Shown here: piece after piece, positions 48,949-58,853 of the stretch
Position numbering within the stretch: position 1 is the stretch's first letter
Layout of the letters: each line of letters starts with the position of its first letter
Virus record (IMG/VR): IMGVR_UViG_3300033069_001718
Location: 1-61,527 of that record
DNA: 61,527 nt
Origin: a virus
Direction: 5' to 3' (one strand)
Notes under the pieces: generated by a model
Databases searched by the model: none
What the model was told of the DNA's origin: nothing
The model's input: the letters and a program-made list of their open reading frames with translations, nothing else
Made by a program: the position numbers and the translations under genes

Positions 48949-49275
48949 ATGACATATTACGTTCAAGATCCAACCGTTGGCAAGTACGTGCTTTTTAACA
49001 CTGTACCTGAACTCGTAGCCTACCTTGATAATTTGGTAGTCCGAGCCCATAAACTCACCCGCAAGCAGTACATGCAAAACTTGATTGAGCTGGGTTATGG
49101 GTATGACGACCCACAAGGCATTACCTTCACACGGCAGATGAGCGATCAGTTTAACATCGGCGTCATTAAAAATGGCAACTACATGAAAACGGATGTTCAC
49201 TCATCGGACGCCCTGCGCCAAGAAGAATTCGGAGTGGGGGTAGTCAATCGATTTGAGGATAGAGGCCGAGCTTAA
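48949..49275 (+). CDS. hypothetical protein
   Basis: ORF only. Confidence 0.3.
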   Translation: MTYYVQDPTVGKYVLFNTVPELVAYLDNLVVRAHKLTRKQYMQNLIELGYGYDDPQGITFTRQMSDQFNIGVIKNGNYMKTDVHSSDALRQEEFGVGVVNRFEDRGRA

Positions 49276-49298
49276 TTCCTAAGCCCCAAAAAAGTTAC

Positions 49299-50954
49299 AT
49301 GAATTTCACCATTGTCTGGGAAGAACCTAGAAAAGTTAAAGTCGTCAATGGCACCGACCAGTGGCGCAGAGAATGGCGTATTCCTTATAATCTAAGACCA
49401 GGCTTTTTCGCTTTCTGGAACCGTGGTAAATTTAATCTCAAGAACGAAGGATTTGCGGTTTATAAAGACGGTGAAGATTGGATTTTTACAGAAACAAAGC
49501 TGAATCCGATTTTGTTTAAAAAGTTTCCAGGCCAACCAGCTCCGGTTGAGGTGGAAGAGGTTAATTTACCTGAATATAAAGTTGCTAATGTTTCCGGGTT
49601 AAGAGATTGGCAAGTTGCTTCGGTAGCAAAATTATGTTCGGCGATCAAGTACTGGGGGGCCGCCATCGACGGATCTGATACCGGTGTGGGTAAAACTTTT
49701 GTGGCTTGTGCCGTGGCCCGGGAGTTGAAAATGAAGATTGTGGTCATTTGTCCGAAATCGGTAAAGGAGTCGTGGCGCCGGGTGATATGTAACCACTTCA
49801 AAATGAATACGGAATTGGTTGGTATCACCAATTATGAACAGTTGCGAACCGGAAAAACATCTTCGATCATCGCCTCCTTCATTACCAATAAGAAAACGCA
49901 CCGGGACAAATTCACTTGGAAAATAACCAAAGATACCCTCATCATCTGGGATGAGTCTCAAAAATTAAAAAATTGGAAAACGCAAAATTCCAAAACCTGT
50001 ATTGAAGCCTTTAAACAGGGTTACAAAATGCTATTCTGCTCAGCGACCAATGCCACCAATCCACTGGAATTGAGGACCGTGGGGACGGTGTTAAAAATGT
50101 TCAAAGGCGCAAAACAGTATTATGATTGGGCCTACCAGCACGGGGTTTATAAAGGTCAGTGGGGTATGGTTTTCACCGAAGACCCCAAACAAAGAGCGAC
50201 GGTTTTAAAAAAACTTCACAAGGACATCTTCATAAATCGTGGTTCACGCCTGTCTCGGGATACTATCCCTAATTTTCCAGATTCGGAAATCATCGCGGAT
50301 TGTTATAACATGGATGACGCGGAGATTAAGCAGATCAATCAGACTTACAGTGAAATGGCAATTGAATTGAAACAATTAGCCAACCGTGTTAAACGGGATA
50401 AGACCGCGGAAATGGTGGCTATTCTCAGGGCACGGCAAAAGATTGAATTGATAAAGGTGCCTCTATTTATTGATATGGTCAATGAAGCCTTAGAGGATAA
50501 TATGAGTGCCGTTATTTTCGTCAATTTCACGGAGACCATCAATGCTCTTTCCAAACGGTTAGAAACAAATTGTATCTTCGACGGTAAAACGAAAGATGAA
50601 GTGCGGCAAAAGAACGTCGACGATTTTCAGGCCGACAAACAACGGGTGATTTTGGTTAATATCGCCTCCGGAGGCGCCGGGCTGTCGCTCCACGATTTAA
50701 ATGGCACCCACCCCCGCTTGGCCTTAATCTCACCAAGTTATTCCGCGGTATTGATGCGACAAGCGACCGGGCGGGTTTGGCGTGATGATGCTAAAACCAA
50801 AAGCATACAGAAGATTGTTTTCGTAGCCGGGACGGTGGAAGAAGATGTATGTGAAACCGTGAAACAAAAATTGAATAATCTTGATTTACTAAACGATGGG
50901 GACTTGGCGGCAATACAGCTTGAGTTTTCCAAGGACAAAAAGGATACCGAATGA
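49299..50954 (+). CDS. SF2 helicase, SNF2-like
   Basis: Walker A GSDTGVGKTF. IIWDESQKLKN (SNF2 DEAH-RIKN-like box). Motif VI-like QATGRVWR. Confidence 0.6.
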   Translation: MNFTIVWEEPRKVKVVNGTDQWRREWRIPYNLRPGFFAFWNRGKFNLKNEGFAVYKDGEDWIFTETKLNPILFKKFPGQPAPVEVEEVNLPEYKVANVSGLRDWQVASVAKLCSAIKYWGAAIDGSDTGVGKTFVACAVARELKMKIVVICPKSVKESWRRVICNHFKMNTELVGITNYEQLRTGKTSSIIASFITNKKTHRDKFTWKITKDTLIIWDESQKLKNWKTQNSKTCIEAFKQGYKMLFCSATNATNPLELRTVGTVLKMFKGAKQYYDWAYQHGVYKGQWGMVFTEDPKQRATVLKKLHKDIFINRGSRLSRDTIPNFPDSEIIADCYNMDDAEIKQINQTYSEMAIELKQLANRVKRDKTAEMVAILRARQKIELIKVPLFIDMVNEALEDNMSAVIFVNFTETINALSKRLETNCIFDGKTKDEVRQKNVDDFQADKQRVILVNIASGGAGLSLHDLNGTHPRLALISPSYSAVLMRQATGRVWRDDAKTKSIQKIVFVAGTVEEDVCETVKQKLNNLDLLNDGDLAAIQLEFSKDKKDTE

Positions 50955-51340
50955 AAAAATCTATGAAAGCAGCAAAGCTGAGAAAAATTGTCGTCAAGTG
51001 TCTTAACTGGACAGATGAAATAGAAGTGGACGCAAACCTTTTTGATGACGTATATATGGAAGCCGCCACCCGGGTCATTGAAAAGAACCGTGACACTCCC
51101 GACTTTACGGTGGCGATCATCATGGTGTGTTACGACAAAAAAGACGAAAAGAATATCAACAAACACATTTGTTATAACACTTATTTTGTATTGGTGAACG
51201 CGGCATTGTATGAGAAAGCTGAATTGTTGCGTTTAAATTTCCTCAAGGCGACCAAGATCGATATTCAAAAACAAAGTTTACATGGAGAAGGACCCGACAC
51301 AAATAATTCCGGAACAAAACCCAATCCCACCAGCAACTGA
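50951..51340 (+). CDS. hypothetical protein
   Basis: ATGA-coupled to the helicase. Confidence 0.3.
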   Translation: MKKSMKAAKLRKIVVKCLNWTDEIEVDANLFDDVYMEAATRVIEKNRDTPDFTVAIIMVCYDKKDEKNINKHICYNTYFVLVNAALYEKAELLRLNFLKATKIDIQKQSLHGEGPDTNNSGTKPNPTSN

Positions 51341-51980
51341 TGTTGAGAAGGTAATTGTTAAGCTTTCCAAGGATATAGATTACTTGAAGAATAAGGTGGT
51401 GGAACTGGAATCCGAAAAGCTGGCGAAACATTTTCAATTAACTCCGGAAGAGGTGAAGGCTCAGTTTATGGATCCGGTGCCGACGAAAGTGAGTCTTGGA
51501 CGTGGCTCACGACCAATACTGGAATCGGAAATAAAGGAAGCTCTGGAACATGTCCAATGTGCTTCGGCAGTCGCCCGTTATCTTGGTATAAGTTACAAAA
51601 CTTACCGCAAGTATGCTACACGATACGGTCTGTTTAAGGCGAACCGCCACGGTGTGGGAGCGTTAACAAAGGTTCCCGGAGTCAATAAAGGTAAATACCC
51701 CCTTGATAAATGTCTCACCGGAGAAATATATCATCCGGTCCCCTGGCGCTTTAAAAATCTTCTCCTCCGCAGTGATGTGCGGAAACCCTGTTGTGAACGC
51801 TGTGGCTGGAAAGAGACCCGGCCCGATGGCATCCTCCCCCTTGTCATCAATTTCATCGACGGTGACCAAAAAAATCAAAAATCAGAAAATGTCAGGATCT
51901 ACTGTTATAACTGTACTTTCGTGCTTCGTGGATATATTCGCCGCGGAGTGTTAGTTTTTGATGAGGTTTCAAAGATGTGA
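51282..51980 (+). CDS. HTH (NUMOD1-like) plus degenerate HNH-like endonuclease-like protein
   Basis: SAVARYLGISYKTYRKY is HTH-like. C-terminal CERCGW...INFIDGDQKN...YCYNC matches the HNH scaffold with Phe where the catalytic His usually sits. Confidence 0.4.
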   Translation: MEKDPTQIIPEQNPIPPATDVEKVIVKLSKDIDYLKNKVVELESEKLAKHFQLTPEEVKAQFMDPVPTKVSLGRGSRPILESEIKEALEHVQCASAVARYLGISYKTYRKYATRYGLFKANRHGVGALTKVPGVNKGKYPLDKCLTGEIYHPVPWRFKNLLLRSDVRKPCCERCGWKETRPDGILPLVINFIDGDQKNQKSENVRIYCYNCTFVLRGYIRRGVLVFDEVSKM

Positions 51981-51981
51981 G

Positions 51982-51998
51982 GATATTTATTGGTGATG
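51982..51998 (+). promoter_or_regulatory. conserved start-proximal motif ATATTTATT-N4-ATGAG
   Basis: ggatatttattggtgATGAGT. Confidence 0.4.
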
Positions 51999-52469
51999 AG
52001 TACGCAATCACCAAAACATCTTATTACTGAACTGGGAGTGTTAAAAACATTTTCCATTGGTAAGAGGGTATCCGCGGAAAAAGTCAAGGAATATCGTTCC
52101 CGCATCAAAAAAATAACGAGCTCCAAGACCGAAGCGGAAAATCTTCTAAATAAAGTAATCAAAAAAGATGGCCAAAAAATGATTGATACGGCAACTGTCC
52201 CTGGCATCATCATGGAAAAAGTTTCAGAAAAACGCCAAAACGCTGAGAAAAAACTTGTTAACCTTACATATTTTGCTTCGGTTATAAACAAGAAGGTAGC
52301 GGAAAAAGACATGTTAAAGTTCGACCGGTGTTACTTCATCAATGTCCTCGTAAATATGTTGGGTCTAACGGAGGAGGATTTTGACAAATTTCATCAGACA
52401 TTTAATAAATTCAAAAACGGGGAAATTGATGCCCCTGAAGATGATCCTGGTGATACATCATCCATTTGA
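51996..52469 (+). CDS. hypothetical protein
   Basis: Start set at the ATGAGT preceded by ATATTTATT. The track start is TTG. Confidence 0.35.
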   Translation: MSTQSPKHLITELGVLKTFSIGKRVSAEKVKEYRSRIKKITSSKTEAENLLNKVIKKDGQKMIDTATVPGIIMEKVSEKRQNAEKKLVNLTYFASVINKKVAEKDMLKFDRCYFINVLVNMLGLTEEDFDKFHQTFNKFKNGEIDAPEDDPGDTSSI

Positions 52470-52487
52470 AGTAATACCGATTAATTT

Positions 52488-53507
52488 ATGCTACCACGAA
52501 TATTATTTATTTGTAAACAACGCAATGACAAGTACGGGGTGTCATTTGGGTTGATCAATTCTTGTAATTTTGTAGGCAATGCGCTTGCTAAATACAATAT
52601 TGAAACCAAAACTGTCATGGCCATTGACAATAATTACATTGACAGAGAAGTTGCCGCTTTTAAACCTACACACGTCTTCATTGAGGCATTGTGGGTAATT
52701 CCAGAAAAATTTCACATTCTCATTGCGCTTCACCCCACGGTAAAGTGGCATGTCCGTTTACATAGTTGTTTGCCCTTTCTCGCGAATGAGGGTATGGCAA
52801 TTGAATGGTTGAAACGGTATTATACCGAAGTCCAATTGGCTTATCCGGATAAATTTTTCATCGCCGCGAACAATCTTGATGTGTTTAATACCTTTACCGG
52901 CGCATTTAACATTCCTACGCTTCACTATCCCAACATCTATTGTCCGCCGGATTATACCCACAAAGAGACCCATTATAATGCCAAAAAGTTTATTGATATT
53001 GGTTGCTTCGGAGCCGTCCGTCCGATGAAGAACCATCTCTATCAAGCTCTTGCCGCAATGATATTTGGCAATCAAATTGGTCAGACCATTCGTTTTCATA
53101 TTAACGCGGATCGTATTGAACAAAAAGGAGAGGCAGCTTTAAAAAATATTGAAGCGAGCTTTGAAGGCACTCCTCATCAGTTAATAAAACACAACTGGAT
53201 GAGTCATGACGCTTTTATTGGTCTGGTACGTTCAATGGACCTTGGCATGCAGGTTAGTTTCAGTGAAAGTTTCAATATCGTCGCAGCGGATTTTGTTCAT
53301 AACAACATCCCTATGATTGGTTCGCCTGAAATTTCATGGTTGAATCCAATCTATCAATCAAATCCCACCAATTTGGCTACCATAATTGAAACTTTGAAAG
53401 TGGCTTATTACGGTAAGGCGATCCACCTTCATTGGTTAAACAAATGGGGTTTGAATTGTTATAATAAACAAGCCACAAGGATTTGGGTTGACAACCTGGG
53501 TTTGTAA
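52488..53507 (+). CDS. hypothetical protein (possible GT-B-like glycosyltransferase)
   Basis: Immediately upstream of gmd. No strong motif. Confidence 0.35.
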   Translation: MLPRILFICKQRNDKYGVSFGLINSCNFVGNALAKYNIETKTVMAIDNNYIDREVAAFKPTHVFIEALWVIPEKFHILIALHPTVKWHVRLHSCLPFLANEGMAIEWLKRYYTEVQLAYPDKFFIAANNLDVFNTFTGAFNIPTLHYPNIYCPPDYTHKETHYNAKKFIDIGCFGAVRPMKNHLYQALAAMIFGNQIGQTIRFHINADRIEQKGEAALKNIEASFEGTPHQLIKHNWMSHDAFIGLVRSMDLGMQVSFSESFNIVAADFVHNNIPMIGSPEISWLNPIYQSNPTNLATIIETLKVAYYGKAIHLHWLNKWGLNCYNKQATRIWVDNLGL

Positions 53508-53527
53508 GGAGTATACTGAAATAAGTT

Positions 53528-54679
53528 ATGGAAATCAAATCAATTGAGTCCGCTAAAATTAATGATAATCGTCCGACGGTGGTAGTGACAGGAGTTACAG
53601 GTCAGGACGGCAGCCACATGGTTGATTATCTTCTTAAAAAAACAGATTATATAGTCTATGGTGCGGCTCGAAGGTTGAGTGTGGCAAACCACTCCAACAT
53701 TAAACATATAAACGATGGGCGATTTGTATTATTTAATATGGATGTCACCGACCCTCATAGCATTGGCAAAACCATATCGACGCTAAAACCTAAATATTTC
53801 ATAAATTTCGCAGCCCAAAGCTTTGTGGGATCAAGTTGGGATTTTCCGGAACAAACGTGGCAAACAAACTGTACTGCGGTTTTACATATGTTGGAGGCAA
53901 TTCGGCAATACCACCCAACTTGTCGTTTTTATAACGCGGGGTCTTCGGAGGAAATGGGGGATGTGATAGTTTCTCCGCAAGATGAGACTCACCCCGCTCG
54001 GCCACGCTCACCTTATGGCGCATCAAAAGTAGCTGCGCGGCAGTTGGTTAAGGTTTATCGGGAATCTTACCATCTCTACGCGGTCCAGGGTTGGTTGTTT
54101 AATCACGAAGGAACCCGCCGGGGGGAAGAATTTGTAACCCGCAAAATTACTAAGAGCGTAGTTAGAATTTTTAACGATTTAAAAAAGGAACGTTTCATCG
54201 TCCCGCTTTTATTGGGGAATGTAGACTCCGAACGTGATTGGGGTGACTCAGAAGACTTCGTTGACGCGGTCTGGCGCATGTTGAATCAAGAGGAATACAA
54301 TTCCAATTTCCCCACAGGAAATATTATGTTGCCTGGAGCAAGTCAGTCCCGAATAGTTAGCAATATTAAAGATTACGTCGTTGGTACGGGTGAAGTTCAT
54401 TCGATCAAGGAATTCGTAGAAGAGGCTTTTAAAAATGTGGGGATTTATGGTCAGTGGGAAATGACCGACCGGGCAGGAGGCGAACTAGCCCAATTCATCG
54501 GACGCGTTATCAGTTCTCCTATTATTCTAGCCAAAACCTCTCCCGAATTTTACCGCCCGGCGGATGTCAATAACTTAGTCGCGAACTATTCCGCGATCAA
54601 AAACGATCTGGGTTGGGCACCGACTACCACTTTCAAAGAATTGATAAAAAAAATGGTCAGCAACGACCTCAAGGCATAA
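53528..54679 (+). CDS. gmd: GDP-mannose 4,6-dehydratase
   Basis: VVVTGVTGQDGSHMVDYLL is the hallmark Gmd N-terminus (TGxTGQDGS). 383 aa. AAGGAG-like SD. Confidence 0.85.
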   Translation: MEIKSIESAKINDNRPTVVVTGVTGQDGSHMVDYLLKKTDYIVYGAARRLSVANHSNIKHINDGRFVLFNMDVTDPHSIGKTISTLKPKYFINFAAQSFVGSSWDFPEQTWQTNCTAVLHMLEAIRQYHPTCRFYNAGSSEEMGDVIVSPQDETHPARPRSPYGASKVAARQLVKVYRESYHLYAVQGWLFNHEGTRRGEEFVTRKITKSVVRIFNDLKKERFIVPLLLGNVDSERDWGDSEDFVDAVWRMLNQEEYNSNFPTGNIMLPGASQSRIVSNIKDYVVGTGEVHSIKEFVEEAFKNVGIYGQWEMTDRAGGELAQFIGRVISSPIILAKTSPEFYRPADVNNLVANYSAIKNDLGWAPTTTFKELIKKMVSNDLKA

Positions 54680-54682
54680 AAA

Positions 54683-54705
54683 ACCCACCTCCGAAGAGGT
54701 GGGGT
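54683..54705. terminator. factor-independent hairpin terminator between convergent gmd and HNH genes
   Basis: CCCACCTC-cgaa-GAGGTGGG 8-bp GC stem. Flanked by A6 on plus, which is a T-run on the minus strand, so it is better suited to terminating the minus-strand HNH transcript. Confidence 0.55.
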
Positions 54706-54722
54706 GCTGTCACGGCAGACTT

Positions 54723-55367
54723 TTATTGAAGAGTCTTAGCCAGTTTTCTCATAAACGGGATCCAATCCCGGTGCATCGGCTTCCGAATCGTTTCCCACGC
54801 TTCCACCTCCCGTGGCGGCCGGGGTGACTGAATCAAACGTAGGCCCGCTTCACTATTCAACTTATTACCCTTCGTTGAGTTAATGTCCTTGGCAGACCAA
54901 ACCACATTGTCCCAGGTGTCGGTACCACCACGGGACAGAGGAACAACGTGGTCCACACTACCTTCAGACGGCTCGATGATGCGACCGGTGTATTGGCAAC
55001 GGTTGCCATCCCGGAATTGGACAGCCTGGTTTGAAGGCGTCTTCTTCGGCGTTTTCCTTGGCATCCGGTCAAACTTACTGGTGATAACCACCGTCGGTAC
55101 ACGAATCTCCATCTTTGAGGTGCGAATTGTCGGGTCCCATTTACGTATCGGTAAAGTTATCCAGGTTTCCCACGGTACGGGATTGGCATAGATTGGGCGC
55201 TTGTTTTCCACCGGCCTGCCGTTTTCATCCAATGCCCAATCCAAATCCATAGCAAAAACTACCCCGTTGACTAGATCAACGATGGCTTTACCGACGCTGG
55301 AAGTCCCTACTTCCTGCCAGTTTTTGTTTAGTTTTAGGACAATGTTCAAATCAGCGATATTGTTCAT
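54723..55367 (-). CDS. HNH endonuclease
   Basis: CQYTG...VDHVVPLSRGGTDTWDNVVWSAKDINSTKGN is a canonical HNH motif. Confidence 0.7.
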   Translation of the reverse strand: MNNIADLNIVLKLNKNWQEVGTSSVGKAIVDLVNGVVFAMDLDWALDENGRPVENKRPIYANPVPWETWITLPIRKWDPTIRTSKMEIRVPTVVITSKFDRMPRKTPKKTPSNQAVQFRDGNRCQYTGRIIEPSEGSVDHVVPLSRGGTDTWDNVVWSAKDINSTKGNKLNSEAGLRLIQSPRPPREVEAWETIRKPMHRDWIPFMRKLAKTLQ

Positions 55368-55549
55368 TTTAGTAATGCGTTCAGAGTTTAGGATTGGAGT
55401 CGTGTCAGGTTCAGTCTATGGTTGTGTCATAATGTTATTGTTGTACGTGGTATAATAAGTTCCACATTTCAGCCTATATTCTATATCATAGGCCCGCGAA
55501 AGTCAATAAGAGATTTAAAAAAAGATGCTAATGTTCAGTTTATGAGAGA

Positions 55550-56176
55550 TTAGATAATCTCATCCACAAAACCCCATTCCAAACACACTTCAGGAGAAAT
55601 ATACAGATCGTGTTTTAATAACACATCCAATTCCTTTTTAGGAATTTTTGTTTTTTCAAGATATATCTTCTTGATTGACGCCATCATCATATCAAGGTTT
55701 TCCATCTGATCTTTAAGTTCAGTATACTTACCCCAATACTCTGCGCTTAGTTGGTGAATTAGAAAAAAGGAATTTTTAGTGATAAATCGTTTTTTTCCTG
55801 ACACCGAAATCATCGTGGCGCCACTCGCGACTTCACCTTCACAATAGGTATGAATGGGAACGGGGCAATTGCGAATTTTATCCGCGGCGCAAAATGATGA
55901 GCCGACATCGCCGCCGGGAGAATTGATATGAAGTTTAATGGGAGGAGCTTCATTCAAATCCAATGTAATCTTGAGAATTAACATCTGCCGGGCGGCTTCG
56001 TCGATTTGTTTGTTCAGTTCCAGTACCGTCTCACTAGTTATTTCACTATAAAAATAGATCCGGTTTGCTTGTGAGCTTGTTTGGGGGGATGCGTTAATCG
56101 AAATTGTCGTCGGTTCCTCACCGTCGATATTAGATGCAGCATTATGTCTTCGATGGGACCGTGTTGACCATTTCAT
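55550..56176 (-). CDS. ClpP-family serine protease (possible prohead protease)
   Basis: LHINSPGGDVGSSFCAADKI ClpP-like core. Start placed at the ATG preceded by GGAAAGGAG. The track start is TTG. Confidence 0.6.
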   Translation of the reverse strand: MKWSTRSHRRHNAASNIDGEEPTTISINASPQTSSQANRIYFYSEITSETVLELNKQIDEAARQMLILKITLDLNEAPPIKLHINSPGGDVGSSFCAADKIRNCPVPIHTYCEGEVASGATMISVSGKKRFITKNSFFLIHQLSAEYWGKYTELKDQMENLDMMMASIKKIYLEKTKIPKKELDVLLKHDLYISPEVCLEWGFVDEII

Positions 56177-56233
56177 TAGAAACTCCTTTCCCTTGTTCAA
56201 GGAATAAATATGGTTCCGTTCAACTAAAAGAGA

Positions 56234-57073
56234 TTAAGGATGGGAATTTCCGATCAGTGTTTTTTTAACCAAGGCAGAAACGGATTTTATTGTCAATTTC
56301 CTACCATTCCAGACTGCGTATTCCTGTAAACCCGTGTCCAAACATAGATTATAAGATACATCGGAAGCGACTTGAACCTTCAAATCAGGCCCTTCATGCC
56401 ATTTCTGCCGCTCGCCGGCGGCTAAACGGTATATCCAACGAACTTTTTCATCGTGGGTATGACCGACTAGTTGGTTGACTCCGATGATAGAATGGAAATC
56501 TCCCCCAAAGTCATTCCAGACCAAACCACCAGGGTGTAATGTTCCACTGCGGGCCCGACTCCAAGCCACAAACCAATGAAACTCACCACGTCCGGCCTTC
56601 AATAAAAACTGCTCCGTTTCACGTTTGAGAATCTGGCCAGTTTCACGAATATCCGACTTCAGAACTTCGCCGGGTTTAACAAATTTTACCCATTGTGGAT
56701 GAGCGCCTGCGTGACTTAACAGCCAGGTATCATCTAAATTGTGATAAAATTTAAGCATGCGCCAATCGCTTGGTTTTACAAATTCTTCTACGAGCAAAAG
56801 TTTTTGACGGGAGAATCCTGGACACCAAAGGTATTTGTTATTAGGAAACCAATAGGGGAGGTCGTGATTTCCGGTCAGGTGAATCCGGTTTGGTTGGTTG
56901 ACTGACCAGGCGAACCATTTTGCCGTTTCCCGGATCAAGTCCGGATTTAATTCGTCATTCCACGAATCGAAATAATCGCCAAGGAACACGATTTGATCCG
57001 GTTTTTCCTGACGAATAATGTGCTCCGCAATATGGCTGCGGTTATGAATATCAGGAATTATGGTAACTTTCAT
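56234..57073 (-). CDS. calcineurin-like metallophosphoesterase (Mre11/SbcD-like)
   Basis: IIPDIHN, VFLGDYFD and LTGNHD motifs. Confidence 0.65.
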   Translation of the reverse strand: MKVTIIPDIHNRSHIAEHIIRQEKPDQIVFLGDYFDSWNDELNPDLIRETAKWFAWSVNQPNRIHLTGNHDLPYWFPNNKYLWCPGFSRQKLLLVEEFVKPSDWRMLKFYHNLDDTWLLSHAGAHPQWVKFVKPGEVLKSDIRETGQILKRETEQFLLKAGRGEFHWFVAWSRARSGTLHPGGLVWNDFGGDFHSIIGVNQLVGHTHDEKVRWIYRLAAGERQKWHEGPDLKVQVASDVSYNLCLDTGLQEYAVWNGRKLTIKSVSALVKKTLIGNSHP

Positions 57074-57074
57074 C

Positions 57075-57102
57075 CTAGTATGCTACCACAGATATATAAA
57101 AA
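57075..57102 (-). promoter_or_regulatory. candidate sigma70-like promoter (TTGACT-N16-TAGCAT) abutting a start codon
   Basis: Minus-strand reading: TTGACTttttatatatctgtggTAGCATactaggATG. Confidence 0.35.
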
Positions 57103-57306
57103 GTCAATGTGTCTTTTCTTCCACAACAAACCCCTCACTTTCCAAGTATTCCCAAATTTTCATACTAATAAAGAGCTGTTCTTTTTTTGAAAAATTGGTT
57201 TTAAACCTGACCTGTATAGCATTTCCATCTAAGATAGCAACGTCATAACCATGAACTTTTAGTTTCTTCATATAACATATTATACATCAAAACAACCAAA
57301 GGTCAA

Positions 57307-58224
57307 TTAGAAATTGACTAACAATCGTTTAGCTTCTTCCGCAGAGGTCTTACCTTTCGATACACTCTGAAGTAGTTCATCTAATGCGGCATCCGATAAT
57401 TTGTACATGGAGGACTGCCAGCCGGCGTAAATCTTACCATCGTAATACAATACTTGTTTGCTATGCTGCTTGGGGTTATGGGGCGCCGGGCGGCAATTGG
57501 TTTGTAAACCGCACATTTGACGAAAATTGACAGGCATCCCATCAATAATTGCTTCCTTATGACAACCGTTAATAAATGGATCATCGTTCAGACCATACTT
57601 CCCATTGAGGACTTCGGTTAGATTTACAAAATTATTCTCATCAACTTTAAGCTCAGCAAAACGAACGGAGTCAGCACCAAGGGTTTTGGCAAACGTGATA
57701 TATTCCCGGATCGTATTTTCGGAATCGATGTAGCCCCGAATGGTATTACAATTGAAGCGGATACTACCACCAAGTTCGTGAATCGTTTTAATACCTTGCT
57801 CTAAAACCTGAGTATTGAGATACAAATGCGTAATATCGTGATTCAAACGCATATCAAAGTGGTGAATGGAAATATTAACCCCGGCGATACCTTGGAAATT
57901 TTCCTTACAATATCCGGGATTGATGCGGCAACCATTGGTAGTAACCCACACTTTAAGTTGATTCGCTACCAGTTTTTCAATTAAAGGTTTGATATCGGGA
58001 TAAAGGGTCGGTTCACCACCCAGAAGAATGATGTTTTTCTTACCTGTTGAAATTGCGGCCTGAGCAAGTTGTTCCCAGGTGGCTATGTGATCAGGATGGA
58101 AGCCCAACTTTTCAATACACCACGAGCACCGAGCGTTACATTTATTTGTAAGATTAACCTCCAACCAATCCTGGAAAGCTCCGCCGCAGAAATTTTCCGG
58201 ATGGGGCAGGGTAGATTCGGACAT
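57307..58224 (-). CDS. radical SAM enzyme of unknown specificity
   Basis: CNARCSWC CxxxCxxC. LLGGEPTL glycine-rich SAM motif. Confidence 0.6.
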   Translation of the reverse strand: MSESTLPHPENFCGGAFQDWLEVNLTNKCNARCSWCIEKLGFHPDHIATWEQLAQAAISTGKKNIILLGGEPTLYPDIKPLIEKLVANQLKVWVTTNGCRINPGYCKENFQGIAGVNISIHHFDMRLNHDITHLYLNTQVLEQGIKTIHELGGSIRFNCNTIRGYIDSENTIREYITFAKTLGADSVRFAELKVDENNFVNLTEVLNGKYGLNDDPFINGCHKEAIIDGMPVNFRQMCGLQTNCRPAPHNPKQHSKQVLYYDGKIYAGWQSSMYKLSDAALDELLQSVSKGKTSAEEAKRLLVNF

Positions 58225-58240
58225 AACTTATTATGGAAAA

Positions 58241-58480
58241 TCAGTATTGACAACCAACACCTGAAGAAGCCGCATCCGCTGAGCGTGATAGTTTTGTAAT
58301 CAACTTTTTTGCGGTTTCCGGATCGATCTTGCCCGCTGCGAGCGCATCAATGACCTGATCGGTGGTTTTAAGAGTTCGACTGATATTTGTTGTGGAAGCT
58401 GTTTTAACCGGCGGGACACCAACATTCATCATTTCTGCCAAACATTTCTTTATCAACGGTTTTAGATCGTTTTTTGTCAT
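58241..58480 (-). CDS. hypothetical protein
   Basis: SD AAAGGAA upstream. Confidence 0.35.
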   Translation of the reverse strand: MTKNDLKPLIKKCLAEMMNVGVPPVKTASTTNISRTLKTTDQVIDALAAGKIDPETAKKLITKLSRSADAASSGVGCQY

Positions 58481-58502
58481 ATAAATTCCTTTACCATAAG
58501 TA

Positions 58503-58853
58503 TTATGGTTGAATAATCAAACTCTTTTCTTTTTTCACCCAGCCCGCTGCTTCCATATCCGATTCCGTCAAAACCGATAGATTGTCATCGGGCTCCAGAA
58601 ACAGGACGGTTAGCTGTTTTTCCTTGAATAGGTCGCCTTTCGATTGAACAAATCGGATAAAGGCTTGGTGCATGCGAATTTTGTGTCCAGAGTCGCCGCC
58701 GATTTTAAGAACAATAACGGACTTAGGGGTGATGTTGTCTAAATCTAAGACGGAATCGATCTGGACTAATTTAGCGTCTGCTTCCTGGTCCAGCTTGGAT
58801 TGTTCCACTAACACTAGTTCTTTTTCTGTTGGGGTGGGAGTGTTTTCAGTCAT
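58503..58853 (-). CDS. hypothetical protein
   Basis: ORF only. Confidence 0.35.
   Translation of the reverse strand: MTENTPTPTEKELVLVEQSKLDQEADAKLVQIDSVLDLDNITPKSVIVLKIGGDSGHKIRMHQAFIRFVQSKGDLFKEKQLTVLFLEPDDNLSVLTESDMEAAGWVKKEKSLIIQP

Noticed and set aside
56177-56200. TTG-start N-terminal extension of the ClpP-like gene, and similar TTG/GTG extensions at 13713, 5717, 25334, 41284 and 51990
   Set aside because: In each case an in-frame ATG with an SD or ATGA coupling lies just downstream. The extension overlaps the upstream gene.
57302-57318. AT-rich hairpin GTCAATT-aga-AATTGAC overlapping the rSAM stop codon
   Set aside because: 7-bp A/T-rich stem without a convincing U-tract. Too weak to call a terminator.
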